From: the human T2T-CHM13v2.0 reference genome, Homo sapiens
Reading direction: 5' to 3' (one strand)
DNA length: 64,000 nucleotides
Assembly: GCF_009914755.1 (NCBI RefSeq)
Contig: NC_060925.1
Both the position numbers and the translations under genes were made by a program. This document shows, in pieces, positions 48,558-64,000 of the stretch. The notes under the pieces were generated by a model that was not told the DNA's origin, ran no database searches, and was given only the letters and a program-made list of their open reading frames with translations. Numbering within the stretch: the stretch's first letter is position 1; every line of letters begins with the position of its first letter.

Positions 48558-48652
48558 GAGATGATCCCCAACTTACAATGGTTCGATTTATGATATTTTT
48601 GACTTATAATAGATTTACCAGTATGTATCCTCATTATAAGCTGAGGAACGTG
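48558..48652. mobile_element. 95-bp miniature MER47/Tigger5 derivative
   Basis: TA-flanked. Ends AGATGATCCCCAACTTAC and ATAAGCTGAGGAACGTG resemble the two MER47 termini and the copy at 3215-3332. Confidence 0.55.
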
Positions 48653-48674
48653 TACAAAGGGAGAACTTATTTTA

Positions 48675-49241
<567 letters not shown>

Positions 49242-51760
49242 TTTATAATCCATGAGAGAAAAAAATTGATTAGTAGGTCTTTATTAAAACTGAAAATTTC
49301 TGCTCTGTGAAAGATATTGTTCAGACAATGCAATGACCAGCCATAAACTGAAAGAAAATTTGCAAAACACTTATCTAATAAAAGACTGGTATCCAAAATA
49401 TTCAAAGAATTCTTAAAACTCAACACTAAGAAAATAAGTTACCCAATGAAAAACGAGTAAAAGATCTAAATGGACAACTTACCAAAGAAGATACAGAGAT
49501 AGCAAATAAGCGAGTGACAAGATGTTTAAACATCATGTCATTAAAGAAATGCAAATGAAAACAAAAATGAGAAACCACTACACACCTATTGGAATGGCTA
49601 AAATCCAATATGTCCTTAAATAGATTAATAAGCAAATGATACACCCATAAAATAGGATATTATTCAGCAACACAAAGAAATGAGCTATTCTAGGTTAACT
49701 AAGAAAAAAGAAGAGTCAAATAACTCAGAAATGAAAGTGGAGATGTTACAATTAATGCCACAGAAATACAAAGAATCATAAGAGATAACTATGAACAATT
49801 ACATGCCAAAAAACTGGATAACCTAGAAGAAATGAATAAATTCCTGGAAACATACAATCTACCATGACTGAATCACGAAGAAATCAAAAATCTGACAGAC
49901 CTATCACCAAGAAAGAGAGTGAATCAGTAATAAAAAAAAAAACTTCCCTACAAAGAAAAGCCCAGAACCAGATCACTTCACTGGAGAATTCTATCAAATA
50001 TTTAAAGAAGAATTAACACCAATCCTCTTCATACATCAAAATAATTAAAGAAAAGGGAACACTTCTAACTCATTTTATGAGGTCTTATCCTCACATCAAA
50101 GCCAAAACTACTGCAAGAAAACTAAAACCAATATCCCTGATGAATATTAATCCAAAAAATCAACTAAATATTAATAAACTGAATTTAACATTACGTTAAA
50201 AGGATTATACATCATGATCAACTGGGATTTATTCCTGGAATGTAAAGATGGTTCAACATACAAAAATCAATCATATAACACAGCATATTAATACAATGAA
50301 GGACAAAACCCACATGATCATCTCAATTGATACAGAAAAAGCATCTGACAAAATTCAACATGTGTTCATGATAAAAACACTAAATAAACTAGGAATAGAA
50401 TAAAACTACCTCAACACAATAAAGGCTATATATGAAAAGGCCACAGCTAACAACATACTCAGTGGTGGAAAACTGAAAGCTTTCTTTCTAAGATCAGGAA
50501 CAAGGCAAGGATATCCATTCTCATCACTTCTTTTCAAGATGGTATCCAAGCCAGAGCGATCAGACAAGAAATAAAAGGCATTTGTGGTGTTATGCTGTGT
50601 GTGAGTGTGTGTGTGTGTGTGTGTGTACAGAGAGAGAGCGAGAGTGAGAGAGTGCGCACAAAAGAGATTTGTTTTTGTCCATGGTTCCTGGTTTCTAACT
50701 CCTATTGCCCTTGTTACAGTCTTTCGTTACATAATTAGGTGTGTCAGGCCTCAGGAGCAAGCCTCAGGAAAGAGAATCTATGGGACTTTCTCCTGCCCTC
50801 CTTTTACCTGCCCCAGGTTACCCTTTCTGATTGTGGGTCACAATCCCGAGAGAGAGTCCTGCCCTATACCCTAGGGGAAGGAATACTGACATCATGAAAC
50901 CCAAGAGGAATGGGTGCTGGGAGCCTGGGGATAGTGGAACACATGGAGGTTCCTGGAGGGTGGCATGCCCAGAGAGATCATGAAAGCGCCATGTCCCTTC
51001 CTCCATGCCTCACCCTACACATCTCCTTGTAAACCAAAAATAAAGTTCTAAGCCCTACAACCATCTGGATGAACCCCTCCTCTCAGCTAAGGTTTCTCCA
51101 AAGAAACCTGAAAAACTAGTTCAGGCCATGATGGGAAGTCGGGGTCTGGACATGCCTCATTATACTTTCCTCCCTTTAGCATTCAGGAACAACTGACCAG
51201 CATTAACATTAAAACAGAGATCTCACAACTGACAAAAAAGACTCTTTGTATCAATAAGATATCAAATTCCAACCTGACTCTAGTATAGCATCACATGACA
51301 GAGAGCAGACCCTGGAAGAAATCAAAATATCTTATCCCAAAATATATTTGACATATTTTGAAATGGCCCTGCAAAGCCATCTCTTAAAAGGGAAATTTTA
51401 CATTATGTAAAGAATCCTGTTCCCTTTCCAGGTCTTTTTCTGATCCTAAAGAGATTAGCTGAGAGATCTGAAGAATCTTTTAAAGATCTGAATAGGAAAC
51501 AATTGTCATCTATTGCATCTAACAGTGGCCACCTATGAGACTTCATCTATATAGTAAGAACCTTGGTCTCCACAAATCCTTAACTCAGATATTCCTTTCT
51601 ATTAATTCCAAGCTTTTAGATAATAACTTAACTCTCAACCAACTGCCAATCAGAAAATCTTTGAATCTACCTATGATAAGTCACTGCTTCGAGTTGTCCT
51701 GTCTTTCCAAACCAAACCAATGTATTAATAAACTAGGAATAGAGTAAAACTACCTCAACA

Positions 51761-53826
<2,066 letters not shown>

Positions 53827-54952
53827 AAAACTACCTCAAAATAATAAAGGCCATATATGAAAAGGCCACAGTTAACAACATACTCAGTGGTGAAAAACTG
53901 AAAGCTTTCCTTCTAAGATCAGGAACAAGGCAAGGATATCTATTCTCATCACTTCTATTCAAGATGGTATCCAGGCCAATGTTAATGCTATCATATCTCC
54001 TTAAAGGATATAAAATCAAGCTATAACCCCATCAGCTTGGGTACATGTTCTCAAGACCTTCTGAGGCTGTGTCATGGGTCATGGTCTTCACATTTGGTGC
54101 AGAATAAATCTCTTCAAATACTTTGCAGTTTGGCTTTTTTCCCTCGACATCTTCATCTGTATCCTTTGTAACATCCTTTATAATAAACTGGCAAATGTGT
54201 TTCCCTGAGTTCTGTAAGCCACTCCAGAACTCAGTTGAACCCAAAGAGGGGGTCATGGGAACCACAACTTGAAGCCAGTTGGTAAGAAATTCTGGAGACC
54301 GGGGCTTGTGACTGGTCAAGGGGTGGGAGGCAGTCCTGGGGACTGAGTCCTCAACCTGTGGAATCTGACACTATCTCTAGGCACCTAGTGTCAGAACTGA
54401 TTAGGAGGATACCCAGTTGGTGTCTGCTGCAGAACTGCTCACATAATGTTGGGGAGAAATCCCCACGTATTTGGTCACAGAAGTCTTCTGTTGTTGTAGT
54501 GGTATGAGAGCAGAGGAAAAACACAGTTTGAAAGTTTTTCCTAAAATGGCATCCAAATTGGAAAGGAAGAGGTAAAGTTATCTGTTCACAGACAACAAGA
54601 TTTTATATGTAAAAAAATCCTAAAGATTCCACCCAATCTGTTATTCAGCAAAGTTGCAGGATACAAAATCGTCACACAAAAATCAGGTTAGGTCTGACAG
54701 AGACAGACAATAAATGAATAAGTTTTCCAATATTAAAACCTAAGGAGTATTATGAAGAAAAAAAACAGGTCCAGGAACAAGGTTATAATTTGGAATAAGA
54801 TGGTTAGGGAAAGCCTTCTAGAGAAGGCCCTTTGAATAAAGACAAAGGAAGTGAAGAAGTGAGTCTTGCAGGTATCTGGAGTAGATTGTTCCAGCCATAG
54901 GAAAAAGCCAGTGCAAAGGCCCTATGATGAGGGTATGCACAGAATGTTAGAG

Positions 54953-55305
54953 TAGGGGTCCCCAACCCCTGGGCTGCAGGCCAGTAGCAATACATGGCCT
55001 GTCAGGAACCTGGCCGCACAGCAGGAGATGAGTGGCGGTTGAGCAAGCATTACCACCTGAGCTCCACCTCCTGTGAGATCAGCAATAGCATTAGAGTCTC
55101 ACAGGACTGTGAAGACTATTGTGAACTGCACATGTGAGGGGTCTAGGTTACGCACTCCTTATGAGAATCTAATGCCTGATGATCTGAAGTCAAATGGTTT
55201 AATCCTGAAACCATCCCCCTCCAACACTGGCCCCCTAATCCCTGCTGCAGAAAAATGGTCTTCCACTAAACCAGTCCCTGGTGCCAAAAAGGGTGGGGAC
55301 TGCTG
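54953..55305 (+). mobile_element. MER1B-type hAT-Charlie element
   Basis: Termini AGGGGTCCCCAACC / GGGTGGGGACTGCTG, perfect 8-bp TSD TGTTAGAG (54945-54952, 55306-55313). Confidence 0.88.
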
Positions 55306-55319
55306 TGTTAGAGAACTTA

Positions 55320-55396
55320 AAATGTTTCTGTCCTTTGCCTACTCTATTTAAGGTACAGGGTGTCTTAAATAGAATAGGCAAAGGACATAACCATTT
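55320..55396 (-). ncRNA. MIR3121: pre-miR-3121 hairpin, intronic, same strand as ACBD6
   Basis: Near-perfect inverted repeat: TGTCCTTTGCCTACTCTATTTAAG ... CTTAAATAGAATAGGCAAAGGACA. The reverse complement of 55329-55350 is UAAAUAGAGUAGGCAAAGGACA, matching recalled miR-3121-3p. Confidence 0.9.
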
Positions 55397-56308
55397 AAGA
55401 AGCAATAAGACAAGGTTGTTCATGAGACAATCATAGCTTCTATTGGCGCCATTCATTGACTCTCTTAAAGTGAAATAGACAATTGGGAAGAGATAGCTAT
55501 GGTCCACTTGGTAATTATTTGCTGTGAAATAAAGACTACTAATTAAGAGTTACGTGGTAGTTCAAAAAAAATAAGTATAGTTCTTTTTTCTTTTTTATTT
55601 AGACTTCTTTTTAAAGCAAGTTTAGGTTTACAGAAAAATGAACAAAAAATAGGGTTATCTCATACCTCTCACATGTATACAACTCTCCCACCCACTGCCC
55701 CCATTACTAACATCTTGCATTGAGTGGCACATTTGTTACAGCTGATGAGCCTATATTAATACACTATTATTAATGAAAGTCCATAGTTTACATTAGGGTT
55801 CACTCTTGTATTGAACATTCTATGGGTTTGACAAACATATAATGACATGTACCCACCACTGCGGTACCATTCAGAATAGTTTCACTGCCCTAAAAATCCC
55901 GTACTCTACCTATTCACCCTTCCCTCCCTCCCCACTCTCCTCCATACTCTGAACCCACGGCAACTAGTGATCTTTTCACTGCTTTGTTTTACTCTTTCCA
56001 GAATGTCAAATGATTAGACTCATACAGTATGCAGCCTTTTCAGATTGGCTTCTTTCACTTAGCATTATGCATTTAAGGTTCCTCCATGTCTTTTCATGGT
56101 CTAATAGCTCATTTCTTTTTAAAAATTTTAAATTATTGTAAACATAAAATTTACCATTTTAACCATTTTTGGTATTTAACTCAGTAGTGTTAACTATATG
56201 CTCCTTCCCCTGGCCCAAAACACAAGATTTTTCTTGACTCTTTACCGTAAATGGGATTCTGGGAGATAAAACCTACCAAAGTGGAAGGCCCTACTAAGAC
56301 TGGGGAGG

Positions 56309-56609
56309 GGCCGGGTGTGGGGGCTCACGCCTGTAATCCCAGCACTGGGGGAGGCCGAGGCGGGTGGATCACAAGGTCAGGAGATCGAGACCATCCTGGC
56401 TAACATGGTGAAACCCCGTCTCTACTAAAAATAAAACAACAACAAAATTAGCTGGGCATGGTGGTGGGCGCCTGTAGTCCCAGTTACTCAGGAGGCTGAG
56501 GCAGGAGAATGGTGGAACTCAGGAGGCAGAACTTGCAGTGAGCCAAGATTGCGCTACTGCACTCCAGCCTGGGCGACACAGCGAGACTCCGTCTCAAAAA
56601 AAAAAAAAA
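56309..56609 (+). mobile_element. AluY-like
   Basis: Dimer, TSD ACTGGGGAGG. Confidence 0.92.
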
Positions 56610-57106
56610 TACTGGGGAGGAGTTTTTGACTCCCTAGTCCACACTCAGCCTCAAGCAATTCATCCATTACCATTGAAGTGTTTCTACCAGTTTATGGCCC
56701 AAGCATCTTCTGTTATCTTGGTTATGATTCTCTGTATTCACCTGTCTCTCCAGTTTTGGGGATGGCAGTTTGAACTGGTACCTCAATCTCTGATGGATCT
56801 AGAACAGTCTTTGATTTTCAGTTTGGTCAGATTACTGTTATTGTTAAGGAGAGGAGTGATAACTTGCAGGTTCTTCACATGTTGAGGCTGAAACTGGAAG
56901 TTCAGTGATCTTTTAAAGAGATTTTAAAATTTAAAAAAAGTCTTTAAATTTACCCATATATTTAGCACTTCCAGGACTCTTCATTCCTTTATGGAGGTCC
57001 AAATTTCCATCTTATATAATTTTCCTTTCATGTGAAGTTCCTTTAAAATTTACTATAGTTCAGTTCAGTTGGCAATGAATTACCTGCTTTTGTTTATTTG
57101 GAAAAA

Positions 57107-57415
<309 letters not shown>

Positions 57416-57576
57416 TGAAAAGTCTTTATTTCACGTTTACTTCTTTTTGTATTGACATGAGATTCACATAAAATTAACCAGTTTAACATGTACAATTGAA
57501 TGACATTTAATACATTCACAATATTGTGCAACCAACTGCATCTAGTTCCACAACATATTTGTTATTCCCCCCAAAA

Positions 57577-57735
57577 AGCCTTGAACCCACTAAGCAGTCA
57601 CTCCCCATTCCCCACTCCCCCAAACCTTTAGCCTTGAACCCACCAAGCAGTCACTCCCCATTCCCCTCTCCCCCAAACCTTTAGCCTTGAACCCACTAAG
57701 CAGTCACTCCCCATTCCCCTCTCCCCCAAAACCTT
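57577..57735. repeat. Tandem repeat, 3 x 53 bp
   Basis: Unit AGCCTTGAACCCACTAAGCAGTCACTCCCCATTCCCCTCTCCCCCAAACCTTT starts at 57577, 57630 and 57683 with 1-2 differences between units. Confidence 0.95.
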
Positions 57736-59275
57736 GGCAACACCAATCTGCTTTCTGTCTCTATGGATTTAACCATTCTGGATATTTCATATAAATTGAA
57801 TCATACACTATGTAATCTTTCATGTCTGGCCTCTCACTTGGTTTAATGTTTTCAAGGCTCATCTATATTATAGCATGTATCGGTTCTTCATTCCTTTTTA
57901 TGATTAATAGTCTATTATATGTATACAACAATGCCAAATTTTGCTTATCCACTCATCAGTTAATGGACATTTGGGTTGTTTGCACTTTTGGCTATTGTGA
58001 ATACTGCTGCTATGATCATTTGTATACAGGTATTTGAGTACCAAATTACCCAGCAATTCCACTCCTGTATATACCCAAAAGAATTGGTAATTCTATTTTT
58101 AACTTTTTGAGGAACCACCAAACTGTCTTTTATGGCAGCTGCACCATTGTACAGTCTTAGCAGCAATCTAAGACAGTTCCAATGTCTCTACATCCCTGCC
58201 AAAACTTGTTATTATCTTTTTTATTGCGGACACCCTACTGGGTATGAAGTGGCCCTGTTGAAAATCAACTGACCATAAACTTGAGAGTTCATTTCTGCAC
58301 TCTCAATTCTTTTCCATATGTCTATCCTTATACCAGTACCATACTGTTTTAATTACTGTAGCTTTATAGTAAATTTTGAAATTGCAAAGTTTGAATCCAC
58401 TAGTTTTGCTCTTTTTCAATACTTTGACTATTTGGGGCCCTTTGCAATTCCATATAAATCAGATTGACTTGGACAGCGCTGCCATCTAAATAAAATTAAA
58501 TCTTCCAATCCATGAACACAAGATGAATTTCCATTAACTTAGGTCTTCTTTAATTTCTTTCGGCAATATAGTTTTCAGTCTAAAATCTTTCACATCCTTG
58601 GTTAAAATTCCCAGGTTTTTGTTTTTAATTCTTTTAAAGGCTATTGTAAATGGAATTTTTTTGTTTGTTTCCATTTCAGAGTATCCGCTGATGGTCTAAA
58701 GAACACAATGATTTCTGCATGCTGATCTTATGATCTTATATCTTGTAACTTTGCTGAATTAACATACTAACTCTAGCGGTGTCTTTGTGGATTCTCTGGA
58801 TTTTCTATATACTGTGTAGGATCATGTCACCGATTAACATTTTTATTTCCTCCTTTCCAATTTGGATGCTGTTTCTTTATTTTTCTTGTCTAATTGCTCT
58901 GGCTAGAATTTATGTATACAATGTTGAACAGGAGTGGTGAAAGCAAGCATCCTTGTCTTATTCCTGATCTACCTCTGGGTTTTTCATAAATACCCATTAT
59001 GTTAAGTAAAGTTTACCTTCATTTTTGAAAGCTATTATAACTTAACTGAGTATAGAATTACAGGTTGGTCGTCTTTTCCTTTTGTTGTCAACCTATTGAC
59101 TTCAGATTTCTGAAAAGAAGTCTGCTGTAGTTCTACCTTGTTTATCTTCATCATGTTTTCTGTCTGCTTTTTTCTCTTTTTCACTGGCTTTCAACAATTT
59201 GTTATGTATTGTATGGTTTCATTACATTTCTTCCGCATGGGGTTCATTGAGCTTCTTGGATCTATGGGTTTATGG

Positions 59276-59497
59276 CAGTGACTCTCAACTAGGGGCACTT
59301 TTTTTTTTGCCATCTCCATCCACAGATATTTGGCATGTCTGGGGCAATTTTTTAGCTGTCACACTACGCAGTGCTATTGACATCTAGTGAATAGAGAACA
59401 GAGTCACTGCTAAATGTCCTACAATGTACAGGATATCCTCCATAAAGAAGAATTTTCTGGCCCAGAATATCAATGGAGCAAAGATTGAAAAACTCTG
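59276..59497 (+). mobile_element. MER20 hAT-Charlie element
   Basis: CAGTGACTCTCAAC ... ATTGAAAAACTCTG termini, 8-bp TSD GTTTAT(G/A)G. Confidence 0.82.
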
Positions 59498-60614
59498 GTT
59501 TATAGTTTATGAACTATTTGAAATTTCAGCCATTATTAACTAAATTTTGTTTCTGTCTTCTCTCACTTTTTTTCTCCTTTCTGGGTCTCCAATTATATGA
59601 ATGCTACATTGCTTTGTATTTTCCCACAGCTCATTGAAGTTCTGTTCTTTTTTTGTTCAGTCTTTTTATGCTCTGTGCTTCATTTTGATTAGTTTCACTT
59701 GCTCCATCTTCGAGCTTCAAGTTCACTGATCTTATGCAATGTCTAATCTGCTGTTAATCATATCCAGTCTATTTTTTACTTCAGATATTATATTTTTCCC
59801 TATCTAAAAGTTCCATTTTGATACTTTTGCATCTTCCATCTCTCTACATATGTTCACTTTTTCCTCTACTTTCTTGAATATATAGTATATATTTGTAAAG
59901 TAAGTGTTTTCATGTCCTTGTCTGTTATTTTATCATCTTTATCATTTCCACCATGTACTTTTATTGACAGGTTTTTCTCCTGGGTCATATTTTCCTGCCC
60001 CCACTTTTTTCTTTTCCTTTTTGGCAAGCTTTAAAGACCTGTATTGTAAGCAAGGCATTGTAATAAATTTTACATTCTTGCTTGCTGGATTTTGTTGTGT
60101 TCCTTTAAATTATGTTGGACTTTGTTTTGGCATGCATTAAGTTACTTGGAATTAGTCTGATCCTTTTGAGGCTCAATTTTAAGCAGTGTTAAGGCAAGGG
60201 CAAAGCAGCCTTTGATATAGCATTTAATTTAGCACAGCTACTGAAGTGAAACCCTTCTGAAGCCTCTACCATATGCCCCACATATTACATTTTCATTCTA
60301 CTCCTGACTGGTAGGAAACAAAATATTCTCAGTCCTATGTCAGCTCCAGAAATTGGCCTACTGCTTTCTTATGTTTCTTTCCCCGGCCTGTTATTAATAG
60401 TTTCCTCTTATACATGCATAGATCAGTATTCAGCCAAAGGGACCCCTCTGCAGACCTCTGGAACTGTCAATATAGGATCATCCTCTCTGGTATTCAGCCC
60501 CGCAAATTCTAGTTCAAAATGGTAAGACTGCCAGGCCATTTTGGGATCCCCCTCCTTGCAGCCTGCAAAATGCTGCCAGGTAATAAATGGGACGCACCTG
60601 CAAGGCACAGCTTG

Positions 60615-60928
<314 letters not shown>

Positions 60929-61245
60929 ATTTCCCTTCTTTTGTAACTTTACACTACTTATAATACAATGTCTGAAAATTACTGTTTCATCCAGTAATTT
61001 TAGCCATGCATCTGGTTTTCTTCTTGTTTTTGGCAAAAGGGTAAATCTCATCCCTATTACTCCACCATTCCCAGGAACATAAGTCCTACAAACATTAATT
61101 TTAAACCCAGCATAATATTCCATGCAGTAATGTAATATAATTTACTTAACCATTATCTAACAGTTGTATATTAGGTTATTTTCATTTTTTCACTCATAAA
61201 CAGACATAATGAATATTTTTAAAAATAAGAAATAAAGTACTTTTA

Positions 61246-61307
61246 GGCCACTGCACTCCAGTCTGGGCGACAGAGTGAGATTCCGTCTCTCCAAAAAAAA
61301 AAAAAAG
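61246..61307 (+). mobile_element. Extremely 5'-truncated Alu (about 45 nt plus poly(A))
   Basis: GCCACTGCACTCCAGTCTGGGCGACAGAGTGAGATTCCGTCTC plus A tail inside a 12-bp TSD AAAGTACTTTTA. Confidence 0.88.
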
Positions 61308-62039
61308 AAAGTACTTTTAATTAAAATCTTTAGAAAAAAAACTGACCCCATAATTTGATTATGGTATATTCTAAATACATTCCCCTTTCCTGGGATTAGT
61401 TCCTCTTTCTAATGCAACTGCACAAATACACATGTTAGAATACACATGGTCACAATGTTTTGTGGGGAAATAAAAAGATTATATCTTAGGCAGAAATAAT
61501 ATTTTAAAAATAACCTGCCATTATCAGATTGAATCCAGAATAAAGATGCCAAAGATGCGTTAGTTTTCCTTTCTATACACTTCATCTACCAGAGTGGATA
61601 AACTTTGGCTACTTTACCCTCTTGATATCCACTCCAGTGAAATTTCTTTCATAGAGGCTTAGAAGTTTATTCCATTTCTCTCTACTCAAAATCCATTAAG
61701 TCACTTTTATGTTGCATCAGCAATTAAATAAGAGTCCAATTTGGCAGCGAACAGGATAAAATTTGCCAGTTCTTACATTGCCTGAGACTCTATTAGTTGA
61801 GAAACTAAAATGCTCCTTCACTCAAAAGGGAAAGGATAAGTTGTTGGCTAAATCTTTATCACTTGATTCAGACTCCACCTTAGTCAGTTTTAGAGTCAAG
61901 ATTTAAAGCCTTGTGAAACTTTTTCTTCTATTCCTAAGATTATCAAGCTAATCTATGCAAAGAGGTTTCTTGCTTCTGTGTGCTACCTTTTTTGGATTTG
62001 TTTTACTGTTTTGTTTAATTCATTTATAGTCTAACTGTA

Positions 62040-62200
62040 GAATGCTGGGAAAATTAATCTACTTCTTTGCCTCAGTTTCCTCATTTGTAAAAATGGGAAT
62101 AATAGTACCTATTTCATACCTATTTATATTTATACATAAATAAAACAGTATCCAGTGCAAAGTGGCCATTTTGTAAGTGTTAGCTAATACAATAATTATT
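62040..62200 (+). mobile_element. MIR
   Basis: GCCTCAGTTTCCTCATTTGTAAAATGGGAATAATAGTACCTA core. Confidence 0.78.
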
Positions 62201-62649
62201 ATTGCCCAAAACATGGCCATTTCTCCAACGCAAAAGTGTTTCAGCAATATAGATACAAGATGTTGTGATGTGGGGACTTAAAATATTGACCTATGGTCTT
62301 TACCTAATAGCTCTAAACTCCTGATTCTCTTGATAAAACAACAACAAATCCCCCAAACAAACCAATCATAAAAACTCTAACATACTTCGTTATAAGAAAA
62401 AGAGATAGAAAACTAATACTTAAGGAATATTTTCTATGTGCTTATACTATCCAATTTCCACTTCAAAACGAGTCTATAAAGCTGGCATTATCACTGTATT
62501 TTATTTAATCTAAGATATCCTCAATTATAAGAAGCACCATTATTTTCTGTAATGTTCAGAAAGAAAAACTAGCCAATTAAATATAATACACTAAGACTCA
62601 TACAGATTTCAAAAATATTAAAAACTGAATAAATGTCTGCCTTAGATTT

Positions 62650-62783
62650 GGCCAGGTGCAGTGGCTCATGCCTTTAATTCCAGCACTTTGAAAGGCTGAG
62701 GAAGGAGGATCACTTGAGCTCAGGAGTTCAAAACCAGCCTAGACAACATGGTGAGACCCTGTCTCTACAAAAGAAAAAAAAAA
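62650..62783 (+). mobile_element. FLAM / Alu left monomer
   Basis: Single arm with A tail, flanked by AGATTT. Confidence 0.85.
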
Positions 62784-63016
62784 GATTTGATGAAATATAA
62801 GTAAATATTTATTTTACAGATTCAAAAACTGAAAAGAGGTGAAGTATCCAATGCCACAGAAGTGGCAGAATTGGGATTCACACCAAGATCCTTTGATATT
62901 CCAAAGCCTGTGTTCTATTAAATTACATTATATTACTTCTCCAAGCTATTTTGGAAACCATTATTACATACTGACAATATTCTAAATTAAAATTTTGTCT
63001 GTTTCTTAAGTGTACT

Positions 63017-63319
63017 TTTTTTTGGGGGGGATGGGGTCTCATTCTGTCACCCAGGCTGGAGTACAGTGGGTGATCTTGGCTCATTCAACTTCTGCTTCCC
63101 AGGCTCAAGGGATCTCCTCCCACCTCAGCCTCCCAAGTAGCTGGGACCACAAGCAAGCACCATCACGCCGGGATAATTTTTTTTTTTTTTTGTATTTTTG
63201 GTAGAGACAGGGTTTTACCATGTCACCCATGCTGGTCTTTAACTCCTGGGCTCAAGCGATCTACCCACCTCAGCCTCCCTAAGTGCTGAGATTACAGGTG
63301 TGAGCCACCACACCCAGCC
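63017..63319 (-). mobile_element. AluJ
   Basis: TSD TTAAGTGTACTTTT. Confidence 0.92.
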
Positions 63320-63767
63320 TTAAGTGTACTTTTAAAATGTTTACATAAAGTACTCCATTAGTTCAAAGAGAAAACTTTAAACATTTTTGAAGCAAAATTA
63401 TTCTGATAAATTATGCATAATTTAGTTGCTAGATTAATACTATCATTCTAAACCCTTAAAAGAGGAACACTTTTCTGATAATCCTTTTGAAATACTAAAT
63501 TTTTTCCTGAAACATGAATAGCTATTCATTTCAAGTAGAAAAGTAAGAATATTGGTTTCATCTCATCTACCATTTGTCACAGCATTAAAAAGAAAACTTT
63601 ACCATGAAAATATTGTTGGTTGCTACTTATAACAGTAATATTTATAAAATTTTTCAAGAAAGGGGAACTCCATAAATGTATGTTTTTAACCTGTTTCTCT
63701 TAAAATTACAAACACACAGCAATATTTTAAAAAATCATCTCCTACAACCTTTAAAAAACAGACATTT

Positions 63768-64000
<233 letters not shown>

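Noticed and set aside
57577-57735. CRISPR-like array
   Set aside because: Units are head-to-tail with no unique spacers, derive from an L1 3'UTR, and the context is mammalian.

Overview
Primate (human-like) AT-rich, repeat-dense intronic DNA from the middle of ACBD6 (acyl-CoA binding domain containing 6), which runs on the minus strand. Three short coding exons (47202-47284, 30382-30487, 14531-14620; probably exons 4-6) splice in frame through GT-AG introns and encode the linker and first ankyrin region. None of them is in the ORF track. The intron to the right of the first exon holds an antisense VDAC1 processed pseudogene (VDAC1P4-like) and a near-perfect hairpin matching pre-miR-3121. The rest is L1, about 30 Alu pieces, MIR/L2, LTRs (MLT1, MER21, MER4) and DNA transposons (full-length Tigger1, Tigger2, Tigger4a, MER47, MER1B, MER20). 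I found no convincing new biological system. The best leads are (1) a candidate 30-nt frame-preserving microexon at 34910-34939, (2) a six-layer nested insertion in which the VDAC1 retrocopy landed in a locally templated 171-bp duplication, (3) a 51-bp micro-inversion bounded by 6-bp inverted repeats, (4) a two-part Alu sharing one target-site duplication (TSD), (5) a 3x53-bp G-rich tandem repeat and (6) a CTCF-like motif. Gene names and repeat subfamilies come from recall, not database searches, and old-repeat boundaries are approximate.
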